Source of the DNA: Ministeria vibrans ATCC 50519
Taxonomy: Eukaryota; Protista; Filasterea
Assembly (NCBI GenBank): GCA_943704425.1
Contig: CALSCP010000904.1
Span: 86,874 to 150,873, forward strand
Direction: 5' to 3'
Length of the DNA: 64,000 bases
Under the pieces are notes generated by a model. The model saw only the letters and a list, made by a program, of their open reading frames with translations. It did not search any database and had not been told where the DNA came from. Both the position numbers and the translations under genes were made by a program. Below, one piece after another: positions 48,221 to 62,124 of this stretch. The number at the start of each line of letters is the position of its first letter. The stretch's first letter is position 1.

Positions 48221-49442
48221 CTGATGGTTGCGGAAGCACTGAACATTGTGACAGAGAAGTACTTTGCCATTCTGTTGGACCGTGGTGCGCAGGCACCCGT
48301 GATTGTGGCGAGCCAAGACGGCGGTGTGGACATTGAACAGGTACCAAACACACAGTCAAAGTGTCAGATCTCGACGTAGCGCTGAAAAACTCCTTTGCTC
48401 CTTCTAGGTGGCGGAGGACACACCCGATCGGATTTTTAAAGAGGCAATCGACATTGAATTGGGACTGACGGACGAGCAGGCGCAGCGGTGTGCCAAGGCG
48501 CTGGGGTTTGAAGGGGCCAACCTGAGCGAGGCGGCCAAGCAGATGCAGCGCCTGTACGGGATGTTCACAGCCGTTGATGCGACACAGGTCGAGATCAACC
48601 CTCTGGGCGAGACCGACGACGGTCGTGTCGTGTGCTTTGATGCCAAGGTTAACTTTGATGATAACGCCGAGGTGAGTTGCAATATCACGCACACATACAC
48701 ACACACACACACACACAATTTGTATTAATTGACTGTGGGTGTAGTACCGACAAAAGGAGATTTTCAGCATGCGCGATACTCGCGAGGAAGACGCACGAGA
48801 GGTCGAGGCTCAGGCTGTAAGAAACTCTGGATCTGTTTTGTATGTATGTATGTGTGTGTTGAACTGACTGGCTTGCGCTGAATGGACTTAGGCGGGACTC
48901 AACTTTATTGGAATGACTGGTAACATTGGGTGTCTGGTCAACGGCGCAGGACTGGCCATGGCCACAATGGACATCATCAAGGTACATACGCAGTCATAAT
49001 CACTTGCTCCCACTTACTCACTCGGTTGCTCCCGTAGTTCAACGGAGGAGAGCCGGCCAACTTCCTTGACCTGGGCGGTGGCGTGCAGGAGAGCCAGGTG
49101 ACGGATGCCTTCCGCATCATCGTTGCCGACACGCAGGTGCAGGCCATTCTCGTCAACATTTTTGGCGGCATTGTCGACTGCGCTGTCGTCGCCCGTGGCA
49201 TCATTGCAGCCTGCCAAAAGGTCGACCTCAAGCTGCCTCTGGTTGTCCGTCTCGCCGGCACCAACGTCGACGAGGCCCGCACACTCCTCAAGTCCAGTCC
49301 CGTCCAGATTATCTCAGCGTAAATCTATATTACTACTGCATCGAAAATCGCTCCCATCATTCATTCCCCTCTCTATCTTTTGCACCGTAGTGAGTCTCTG
49401 GGTGAGGCGGCCGAGGCGGTTGTGGCAACGCTCAAGAAGTAG
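48221..49442 (+). CDS. SUCLG2: Succinyl-CoA ligase beta subunit (GDP-forming type), 5'-truncated
   Basis: [64 protein letters not shown]. Starts at an acceptor after a GA repeat. Confidence 0.88.
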
Positions 49443-49501
49443 AACAAAAAATGAAGACAAAATATTGATTGATTGAAAGAGAATAAAAGGTATTTTTCTT
49501 G

Positions 49502-50717
49502 TCACAATTCGTCGTCGCGTGGCTCTTCATGGCCCGTCTGCTGCTGTTGTTGTTGTTGTCTCTGGAAGGCATAGTCGGCATCGGTGGCCCAGCAGGCGGC
49601 GGGTGAGCTCAATACAGCCGTGTATTCGCACTTGTTGGGCTCGGCCACTGTACTCAGCTGCTGTGACTCACCACACTGAACTTTGACGACAATCGACCGG
49701 TCTGGTCCTCCCCAACACTTCTGCCCATGACGGAACTGCATTTCACCGTACCGCTCTGCTCCCTCGCCGTCTTCCTTCCACGAGCCCCATTTCCTAACAT
49801 ACATACACACGAGTTAGGTTCCAAACGCGCTCTTCTCTCTTGTTTCTTCCTCCTCTTTCTATTTGTTTCTCTCTCCCTATCGCGTTTTTCTCTCTCTATC
49901 ACTTTCTTTCTTTCTTTTTTTTGCACACACTCTCTCCCTCCTCCCTCCTCTCTCGCTGCGTGTGTATGCGCAGCGTGTGCTTGGTGCTTGGTGACGTACC
50001 CGAGTGTCGTGCGTGATCCTCCCTTCTTGGACTCTTGCGTCACTTGATCAAACGGACACAGTCGGTATTTGTACTCGGACGTCACGTACTCAACACACTC
50101 GCCCTATAAACAAATAAACAAACAAATAAATCACCCCACTTTGTTACTCTCTATCGTTTGATCACCTCCATTGGTTGGAACTCCTCATTTGGTCCATAGT
50201 CAACACGCAATTTAGCCTCAAGATCGCTTGACACAAAAAAAGAGACAAAAGATGAGTTGACGGACTCTCTGTCTCTCTCCCTGACATACTTGATTGTGTT
50301 CTGCAGCTTAGTCACATCCGAATTAGCGTTGGTCAGCGCATTCCGCGCCTCGTCGGCAGCTAAAACACACACATACAGTCAACATTGACACCACCAACAC
50401 AAAGACGCACCTTTGATGAGTGTCTGCGTCTCCGGTGGATACTCTGGCATGGGTTCGTCGTCTGTGTCTCCCTTCCCATTATCCTCTTCATTCCCTACAC
50501 ATACGAAACGAATTTATTCTCTTCCTTTTTCGAGCCATTTCCCCATTTAATCACACATAATATATAGAAGATAAAAGATATAAAAATATACAATAATAAT
50601 AACAGACACTCATAGATACAAAACGTGTGTTTTTGTTTCGCTCACCCGAAAACCATCCAGAAAACACGTTACGAACCTTTGTCCACACTACAAATGCAAC
50701 CATAAACACACAAACAA

Positions 50718-50749
<32 letters not shown>

Positions 50750-51969
50750 ACACACACACACACACATACACATACACACACACCAAAGACAAAAAATACT
50801 CATATCTAAACACCAATATACTACATAACCCCATCATACAACGGAATAGACCACACCACACAACCTTGCTCACCATTCTCATCGTCCACTGGAGCATCTT
50901 GGTCATCCACTCCTTCCTGCTCCTGTGCGCGTGCCGCTGCCTCCGCATCGCGCGCCGCCTCCCGTGCCTCATCGCGCGCTGCCTTTCCTGCATTCCATGC
51001 GTCCTCGTGTTCCTTCTTAGCCCGCTGCTCAATTTCCTCCGCCTCGCGCTTCGCTTCCTCCGCCGTCGTCTGCGCCGTCTGCTTCTCCGCCAGCTCCGCT
51101 CGAACCGTCACCAGCTCGGCCTCTCGCTCGCCCTTCTTCGTCTTTCCTTGCAATGCCCACTCTTGTCGTGTCTTGTCGCCACTCAAGCGTCCCATACGCT
51201 CCTTGTGCGCCGCTCGCAGCTTCTCCTCACCGAGTTTGCGGCAAGTGTTCTCGCACACACCGTCCACTTCGTCCGACGCATCGCAACAATCGCACACACC
51301 ATCGCCCACACGCGACGATGGAATGTAGTAGCCCACGTGGTGGCGGTTCACACACCAGAACTGACCATTGGGACACGCACTCGTGCCAGGCTCGTCAGTC
51401 CCATCGGCACAGTCGCAAAAGTCATCGTTCACCGACGACAGCGGAACCTCCACACTACACGGCCATCGTCAAGCGTCCGCCCCGCCACGAAAAGTAAGGA
51501 CCCCCTCCTCCCCTCCTGCTTACCTATTGCCGTCGCATCGAATGGGTCCTCCCGACACAAACACAGATGTTTCTACAGACGAACTATCAAAACGTTTTCT
51601 CTTTGGTATTTCAGCCCAAGAAAAACACACAGGGACAGCCTAACGTGGCCAGCGACAACCCTTCAAATGTCAACTGTGGCATGCATGCGCAACCGGTGCT
51701 TGCTTGTGCATATACAAGCGATACAATCGGAAACGACGGAAACACGCACAAAAAAAAAAAAAAAAAAAAAAAAAAAAGGTGCCACATCAGACACATCCAG
51801 CAGACCAAGAGCACAGGCGGCACATGGAATCCACAGTGCGGAACGTACTATCAGGTTTGACGCCCAGCGGGAACCTGGGCTTTGCCGCAGACGTCTCTGC
51901 TGCGACTGGTAAAGCAACGGTGATCGCAAACAGCGCAACCAGCACACCCACAAGCACTCGGCTGATCAT
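49502..51969 (-). CDS. PRKCSH: Glucosidase II beta subunit
   Basis: Signal peptide, [39 protein letters not shown] domain [20 protein letters not shown]-retention DDEL. Confidence 0.94.
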
Positions 51970-52237
51970 CGCCCCGTCTCTCTCTCTCTCCCTTTCTCTC
52001 GACTATTATAACAACACACAACAGGCGCCGCGCAGCCAGTGAGTGGGAACAAATTAAAAATGTGATTATTGTGAAGTGTGAACGATTGACGATTCAAAAG
52101 TTTGAATGATCAGTCAACTAGTCAATGTCTTCTTCTTCACTAATCACTTATTTCTGTCACTATCGCCAGTCACTAGTGACTACGCTTTCTTTTCTTGTCG
52201 TTGTTTTCCATCTTGTCTCAGTCTCCCATTCTCAGAG

Positions 52238-53622
52238 ATGGTAAAGAAGCAACCGGCTTGAAAAAACATTTTGGTTTGATCGATTTTCTTTTCTCTTCAG
52301 ACAACTCGCTATGCTGACCGCCCCGAATGGAGCGACATTACACCTGTGCCGCAAGACGACGGGCCCGATCCCGTCGTACCCATTGCCTACTCAGACGACT
52401 GTATGTTTTTTGTGTATGTGGACGAAACAACTCACAAATCGTTTGGGGGTTTCAGTTCGCGATGTAATGGACTACTTTCGTGGCGTTCTCGCGGCGAACG
52501 AGCGGAGCGAACGCGCCCTGGAGCTCACCAAGGATGTTATTTCTTACAATGCGGCGAACTACACTGCATGGTACGCGTGTGACGGTGCGGCGGAATGGCA
52601 AAACGACTGACAGCCGTGTTCTTCGCCTCCAGGCACTACCGAAGGCTACTTTTAGACGCGCTCAAGTCCGATCTGAACGAAGAGCTCGAGTACACCGAGG
52701 ACGCGGCGAGAGACACGCCGAAAAACTACCAGATCTGGTTCCACAGACGCGCCATTGTCGACCGACTGCGCGATCCCTCGCGCGAACTCCAGTTCACCTT
52801 TGATATCTTACTTGAAGATGCCAAAAACTACCACGCATGGGGTCACAGGTGAGGCTGTGGCAACAAACGTACTTGGGAATTGGAATGCGTGCGCGCACAC
52901 CTCTTTCCTTCCCGTTTTCTCCCTTACAATCTAACGACTTTTGCTTCCATAGACAGTGGGTGATTCGCGAGTTTTCGCTCTGGGACGACGAACTGGCATT
53001 TTGCGAGAAACTACTGAGCATGGATGTGCGCAACAACTCGGCGTGGAACCAACGGTACTTTGTTGTGACCAACACGACGGGTTTCACCGACGAGGTGATT
53101 GCACGTGAGATTGCCTATACGGAAAAGCAAATTGCCATGGCGCCCAACAACGAGAGTGCGTGGAACTACCTGCGCGGACTGGTGCGCGCGCGTCGCTTCA
53201 GCGAATTCCCGCAAATCAAAGCACTCTGTGTTGCGCTTGAGGAGCGACATATTGTGTCGCCACACGCACAGTCGCTCATGCTCGACATGCACGAGGAGGA
53301 CATGCGTGCAGGCAACGCAGAAGCAAAGGCCCTTGCCTTGGCAGTAAGTTTCATGCAGAGAGAGGGAAAGAGGAGGGAGGAAGAAAGAAACAAAGCGATA
53401 GAGAAAGGAGGGAGAGAGGAGAGACGAGAGAGAGAGAAGAGAACAGATAGGGGCGAGTAGAGAGGAGAGAAACGAAAGGGAAACGAGCGAAAGAGAAACG
53501 AGAGAAGAACAAAATGTCTCACATTCTGCTGACTGTAGGTGTGTGAGCGACTGAGCACACTTGACTCAGTGCGCATTGCATACTGGCAACACCGTCACAC
53601 CCTCATCCAATCTCACCAATGA
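52238..53622 (+). CDS. FNTA: Protein farnesyl/geranylgeranyltransferase alpha subunit
   Basis: [61 protein letters not shown]. Exon 1 encodes only the ATG. Confidence 0.95.
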
Positions 53623-53717
53623 TAACCCATAAAATTAAAAATAAACATAACCAGTCTCAAAAGAGAGTTGCAAAGAGAAGAAATGGATTCTCTTTTCGTT
53701 TTCTTTTTTTCTTGTTT

Positions 53718-55063
<1,346 letters not shown>

Positions 55064-55403
55064 TTGTGTGTGTGTGTGTATGTATATATGGGTGTAGGTG
55101 TATGTGTCAGTTCGAAGGAGGGCTTAGCCTTTCTTTCGAGGGATGAGTCGAATTTTTTTGACCATTTATAATTGTATTTTGGTGAATGATCATTCTTGGC
55201 AATTGACTCAAGTCAACAGACAACGGATATTCACTTGGCAGGAGCGCTCATCGTAGAGTTGACTTCCCCTTAAGTGAGGTGCGGCATGATTGGCGCTGCG
55301 CGCACCGTTCGTGAGCGGCTCTTGCTCGCGCGGAATTGAGATGATCAATCAGTCGAGCGACAGTCGAACTGCGAAGCACTTCTTTTTTCTTTTTTTTTGT
55401 CTC

Positions 55404-56134
55404 ATGTCGAAGAAAAAGGGACAGACCGTGTCGGTATGTCAATAAGAGAGCCACAGCGCTGTTCATATCCGCGCGGTCTGCGTCTGCAGCTGTGCTCGTT
55501 GCGTCGTCTGTCGCTTTTTTTTTTCTCCTTTTGTGCCTTTTTGACATTTTTTTTTTTCCGTAGCTCCAAGACTTCCTTGGCGGCAGCGAGGGTGCGTCAG
55601 CATCGCCTGGATGGGGTGATGAGATCTCGGCTCTGCCTGAGCGTAAGCAGATGACTGTGGTGTTGTCGCGTAGTGTGGTTTGCGGCTGTTCGGTCGACTT
55701 CGCAAACACGCGCTCACAAAAACATTTCTCGCTCCTCTTTGCTCTCTTCTAGCGTCCCACGGAGACTACCGCAGCGGTGGAGGCTACGACGACCGTGAGC
55801 GCAGTCGCGGCGGCGGCGGTGGCTACAGCGACCGTGAGCGCGGCGGCGGCGGCGGATACGGTGGCAGTGAGCGTGGTGGAGAGCGTGGCGGCTATGGCGA
55901 CCGTGACCGCGCTGGTGGATACGGCGGCGACCGTGGTGGCTACTCCGACCGTGGCGGCGACCGTGGCGGCTACGGCGACCGTTCCGAGCGACGTGAACGC
56001 GCTCCCGTGCCAATGCCGACTGAGCCCCCCTTCACCTGCTACATTGGCAGCCTTTCGTACGACGTGTGCCGCGCCGACATCGAAGGGCTCTTCCCCCCGG
56101 AGAAGGTAAATCCCGACAAATACCAAAGGAATCA

Positions 56135-56175
<41 letters not shown>

Positions 56176-56880
56176 GATTATATTAATTTTCATTATTATT
56201 GTTTGTGTTTTTAATTTGGACAGATTGCGAATGTGCGCCTGCCACTGGACCCGCGTGCCAACCGCGGCAAGGGGTTTGGCTACGTTGAGTTTGTGGACCA
56301 GGAGTCGCTGACGAGAGCACTGGAGTTTGACGGTGAGGACTTTATGGGCCGACGACTGCGCATCGACATTGCGGAGGCACCGGCGAGCGGACGCGGCGGA
56401 GCGAGCGGCAGTGAGCGCAGCGACAGTGACCGACAGTGGCGCACCAACGCAGCCCCGCCTCCGCGTGAGTCTCGCGCACCCACAGACCGTCGTGACCGTG
56501 GCAGCGACCGTGGTGACGACCGTGGCGGACGCGGTGGCTTTGGCGGTGGCTTCAGCGACCGCAGTGGCGGTGACCGTGGCGGTGACCGTGGTGGACGCGC
56601 CGAGCGGCCCCGTCTCAACCTGCAGCCCCGTACAGCTGCTCCAGCCACCTCCGACTCCTCCTCTGCGTCGGGCGGCAGCAAATCCAACCCGTTTGGTGCA
56701 GCGCGTCCCGTCGACACCACCAAGAAGATGGAGGAGATTGAGAAGCGCCTGCAGGCACAGCAGCTCAAGGACAAGGAGGCCAAGGACAAGCGCGACGCGG
56801 CGAAGGCCGTGGCGGACGCAGACGCTCCTGCCACTGCCGACCCTGCTGCTTCCGCTGAGCAGACCCCAAAGGACAACTGA
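55404..56880 (+). CDS. EIF4B: Translation initiation factor eIF4B
   Basis: [23 protein letters not shown]-rich repeats, [45 protein letters not shown]. Confidence 0.9.
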
Positions 56881-57112
56881 GAGAAATTGTAATGGCTCTC
56901 TCTCCCACTCACTCACTCTCTCTCTCTCTCACTCTCTCTCTTTCTCTCTCCCTTCTCTGTCTGTCTGTATGTGTTTCAAAATGATATTACAGACGCAAAA
57001 TAAAATAATAAATACACTGAATGCTAAATTTCAATCCAAACTAGAAAAAAGGTTATCTTATTCATTTTATTAATAAACAAGAGAAAAAGAAAAAAGAGAA
57101 AAAAAATAGGAA

Positions 57113-57493
57113 TTACAAGAGAATACCATTGGTATAATACTGAAAGTTATCATACAAAGAAGTGCGATAGGAAGCAATGCTCTGGTCGACCATGCGCTCG
57201 ACGAGGGCGTGGATATGAGCCTCAGTCTGGCTCACGCCAAAGCGCTCCTTAAGCGCGCGCAGGGTGTCGGTGCCGCCCGAGGCAAAGCACGGCATGCGCG
57301 ACCCCACTGCCATGATCTCAACAACCGACACAATCTCCATTGAGTGTTTGCGTGCCGCAAGGAATCCCTGTGTGTTTGAGAGAATGTGTGAGTAAGAGAA
57401 AGCGAGACACGACAAAGAAAGTGTGCGTGTGTGAGTGTGTGTGCGTTCGTTACGTTGTGAGTAACTCGTAAGCACATTTCGAGTGAGACATGT

Positions 57494-57545
<52 letters not shown>

Positions 57546-60500
57546 ATCCACACCCATTATATTTGTTTGGTATCGTTTTTTTTATTTTTTTTACCTTGAG
57601 GAGAGACATTTTGAAGTAGCGAAAGAGATCCGAGTCCCTTCCATCCATAAGCTCGACAAACTCGGCGGTGAGCTTAAACGGGGCACTTTCAAAGTTGAGG
57701 TTGCGCGGGGAGGAGCTGAGGAAGAAGCCAAAGTCAATGTGGATGATGTGGCCGTCGGCGTCGAGGAGGATGTTGCCGTTGTGTCGGTCCTTGAGCTGCA
57801 GGAAGTAACAGACGAGCGAATAGGCTGCAAGCGACTCGACAAAGTTGCGCTGTGCGTCGGGAAGACCCTCTTCGCCAAAGTCGCCGACAAAGAACTCGCG
57901 GAGAGTCTTGGCACGCGACGTCTTCTTGATGGAGTGGATCGACATGGCGTTGGGGATGGTCTCGATGAGGCCGCCGTTGCACGAGGTGATGAGAATACGC
58001 ACAGGCCGGAGCCAGAGCGACAGCTTTTCGCGCTGAAAAATGTCCTGGAACTTGGTGACGAGCTGCGTCGCCAGCTGCTCCTGTCGCAGGTCGTCGTCCA
58101 CTTTAAGAATGCACGTCATTAGCCGCCAACCAGGTAGCTCGCCGTAGGGCGATGCTTGGCGCACGCGCTCTTCCTTGGCCACCCATGGCTCGCGGAACAC
58201 CACTGCAGACGGGTCGTCGGCGTGCGGCCGGAAGTTGTCACTGGCCATCAAGTTTGCAGTCGCCGTCGAAATGGACGACTGGCCAAAGTCCTCCATGGAT
58301 GTGGCATCGTCGGCAGTAGCAGCAGTAGCTTCAGCCGCAGCAGAAGTTGGCGTATTGTCAGTAGAGGCAGCATTGAATGTCGCTTCGATGTGGGGGGACG
58401 TCGCTACCGTCGCACATGCAGAGGGTGCCTCAGATAAACTGGGTGAGCGTGCAGAGGTGGCAGCAGAGGTACTGGAGGGCGAGCCGACAAGCGGCGTGGT
58501 GCTGGCCGAGTCGGAGAGACCACGACGAACGTCGCCGGCCGAACGGGTGTAGACGGTGGTATCGGCAAGAGGGTCTTCGTCGTCGTCGAAAAGTAAGTCG
58601 TTGAAGAAGGGCCGCACATCGGTGACACGCGAGGCAGAAGGAGACGCCAGTGACTTATTGCTCTTGTTGGTGCTGGCCGAACGAACAGCGGAGGAAGGCG
58701 GTGATTTACTCTCGCTCGTGCTTGTGTTGCTGTGCGTAGAGGGCGTGTCATCGCCACTCTCGCCGTCAACACCTTCGACAATAGAGCTACGTGACGAGTC
58801 GGGCGAACCAATGCCAAACGAGACGTTCTTGGTGGGCGCTGTTGCTGTTTTGGTTGTTGTAGTAGTAGTAGTAGTTGTTGTTGTTGTGGTGGTGGTTGTT
58901 GAGGCAGTGGGATTGTTTGCGTCTGCATGCAGATCGACGGCACGACGGAATTTGGTGTGCATGGGGGAGGCGGCGGGGGAGCGCGGAGGACGGTTTGCCT
59001 TGCGCTTGGGGACGGGAGAGGTGAGGAGGTTGTCACAGGCAACCACTTCAATATGGAGGAGACAGGGCACGCGCTCTTTAGAGTTGAGCGTGACGGCTTC
59101 CTCGGGAGGAATGCGCACAATGAAATGGTCTTCGCCGACGCCCGAGAGCGGTACAAAAAGACGGGCGGGCAAGGAGAGGTTGAGCAGAACTAGATCGCCG
59201 TGGAGTTGGGTGCGCCGCAGACAGGGCTCACGCTGGAGACTTAGCCGCGTTGCAATGTCCGACAGAGCCTGGACAAAGTTGCGGCAGCCAGCCAGCAGCT
59301 GGTGGTGGAGCGAGCCGGAGGCAATGGCCGACGTCGCGGGGGACGACGTAAGGGGTGTGAAGAAGTCGCGCTGTTGGTTTATGCGAGCGTTGGCGGGCGC
59401 CGATTGGGGATTGGTGAGATCAAGAGGAGCGGGTGCGGGGCGACGCAGAGACTGGGATTTTCTCATGGGAGAACCAGGCGAGGCATGGTGCACACGCTTG
59501 TGGTTGTGGATGATGGAGTTGGGGTCGTGTTGAAGGAGTGTGGGCAGGGAAGAGGTGGAGCCGCTGCGGGGCGGTTGGTGAGGTTGATGCTGGGGCGAGG
59601 AAAAAGAGGACGACGACGATGGAGATGGGGCGGTACGGTTCCAAAGAGAGGCAAGTCGCATTGCAAAGGAGGGGGTGCGTTGCGGGGGGGTGACGCTGGT
59701 GGCGGTGTGATTGGGTGCAGCTGCGGGCTCGACCATGTGAATTTTGCGAGGGGGGTCACTTGCAGAATGTTCACGGACCAGAGCGGATGTATTTGAAGAG
59801 GGAGCCACGAGGGACGCTTCCAGAGAGGACTCTGCCTCATCAATGGGCCGAATCAATCGATTTGTTTCCGCCAACTCCAACAATTCCTCTTGCTGTTCGT
59901 GCTGTTGTGGCCCCTTTCCCCTGCCAGTGTTAGCCTTCGAAGTAGCATCTGCAGCATCGGCCTGCGCCTGTACAGGGGACTCACCAATGTAGGTAGAAGC
60001 GAGCAGCATGGCGCCGGGTGGCATAACAGAGAAGGGCGAGCCAGACGTGTCCTCGGCATCGCCCGCGGCGGCCGCCGCCTCGACGGTAGTGCAAGCCCAC
60101 GACGAGACTGGGGTCGCCTCCGAACGCGAGCGTCGGTGTGTGGACGACGAGGAGCGTCCTGGCGAACGAGGCGACACAACAATAGAGTCTTCTTCGTCGA
60201 CGGTCATGTTTGGCAACAGTGTGGATGAAGAGGATGACACGGTCACTTGCGATTCCCTGTCTATTCGGTCATCGCTAAGCGCTCGATCAATGGACATGCG
60301 AATGTTTGAACGACCTAGTGTGGCAGAGACAGCAGTGGGATCCATGAGAACCATATTTCGTAGTCGCATGCAACGCAATTGGTGTTGTCGTTGCTCTCGC
60401 TCGTGCACCGTGGGGTTCGCGAGCGCCTCAGCCGAGTAGAAGGGACCGTCAGCCATGTGGCCCTCTAATACCCAAGCAGTCTAAAACAAGACACAAAGAG

Positions 60501-61551
60501 AAGGAGAGAAAGATGAATGAATGAAGATTGTCAAAGCAACGCACACCACACACCCACACCCACACACACACGCACACACACACGCAAAGCACACACACAC
60601 ACTACACAGACACACACAGACACACACACATACACACCACACAGACACACACACATACACACCACACAGACACACACACACAAAGCACACACACACACAC
60701 ACCACACACACACACACACCACACACACATATTTGTAACCTGGAGAGCAAAGCGCGGACAGTCGCGACTGCGCTGGCCAAGGAACCTTTCAATCGACTCG
60801 GAGGAGCCGGGTCTCATCACAAAGAGATTGACAAGCTCGGGCAAGTAGAACTCGACGTCTTTGACGGGTAGTTTCTGGAGGAGAGAGAATAGATCGACAA
60901 GGGAAAAAAAAAACGAGAGGGATTGAAGGAGGAAAATGAGAATGAGATAGAGACGCTTGAAATATGAGCGCTGTGGTGGCAGATGGGCGAAAGGGATGTG
61001 GAATGGACGGCAAGAAACACACCAGGCGAGAGGTGGTGCGGAGAGGGGTGTGGGAGCAACGGAGGAGGGCGGATGAGCTGGGGCATTCGAACAAGCACAG
61101 TGTGCGACCGCAGTCGACGACGGTTCTCCCAAAGGGCGGTTAGATTCGTTACATATGAGACAAAGAGGACACGTACAGAATGTGTGCCAACGGTATGGGA
61201 GGAAAATGGGAAGGATAGGCTTGCTCGCTGGGCGACGGGGCAACGTTGAAAGGGGGACGGTTCACGGGATAAAAAAAGGCAAACGAGAACAAGAAGAAAC
61301 CCCCCTCAAAAATGGGGTTTGACGGGCAGGCAGCGGCCGCTTACAAAGAGCTCGTTGCACAGATAGTCTTGCACACCCTGATCAGAGTATTGGAAGAGGT
61401 AGCCGAGGGCCATGGACGCGTCGAAGAACTCACTCTTGAACAGTCGCAAAAGCCACGATGACTTTTCATCGACGGCTGCGGCGGCGTTCGCAGGTGTAGG
61501 CGACGCTGACGGCGACGATGCGTCGTCCTCGCGCGTCGGCGGTGTCGACAT
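57113..61551 (-). CDS. PI4KB: Phosphatidylinositol 4-kinase type III beta / Pik1
   Basis: SWLLRLFKSEFFD, FYLPELVN, VRIPPEEAVTLNSKERVP, DDPSA, DDLRQEQLA, QLKDRHNGNIL, IHIDFGF, FESAPFKL, YDNFQYYTNGIL. Confidence 0.95.
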
Positions 61552-61579
61552 TTGCAGAAAAAAAACTTATTAGAATTTA

Positions 61580-61800
61580 AGAATGAAGAAGAATTAAGAA
61601 TACAACCCATTTATTAATGATACAGTCAGACACAGCCAGACCGCCTTGCAAACTCAACCGAAACTCTAGAGGTAACATGGGAGAACAGTGGCAGGTCATA
61701 GTGCTGTGTCGACGCTATCCAGTGAGGCAATCGCAATGGTACGCCATACCCCCAGTGGAGGCTTAGGGCTCTGACACCATGAAGGTGTCTGTCGGCAAGG
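61580..61800 (-). mobile_element. 5'-truncated non-LTR retrotransposon 3' end with a 13-bp TSD
   Basis: TSD TTATTAGAATTTA at 61567-61579 and 61801-61813. ORF end ...VSVEFARRSGCV-stop, then AATAAA and a TTC-type tail. Confidence 0.8.
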
Positions 61801-61976
61801 TTATTAGAATTTAGAATCAATTAATTATCAATGAACAAAAGAAAAGCGACAACACAAACAGCTCAGAATCACTATACAAGCTACAGAAGGGTCGAGAGGA
61901 TCAGAGGAAACAGAGACAGGTTAGCTGGTGGCCTTATTAGAAAATAATCAATAATAAAATTATATTATTTTTATTA

Positions 61977-62011
<35 letters not shown>

Positions 62012-62124
62012 GTAATAGAAAACTGATAATTCTAAATTATTTTCAAATGAGAGCGACCCATCAGAGACGTCAGCGTCACAATCGCCGACTAGTAAGGGTC
62101 GAAGTGGCCCAGTAAGGTAGAGCG

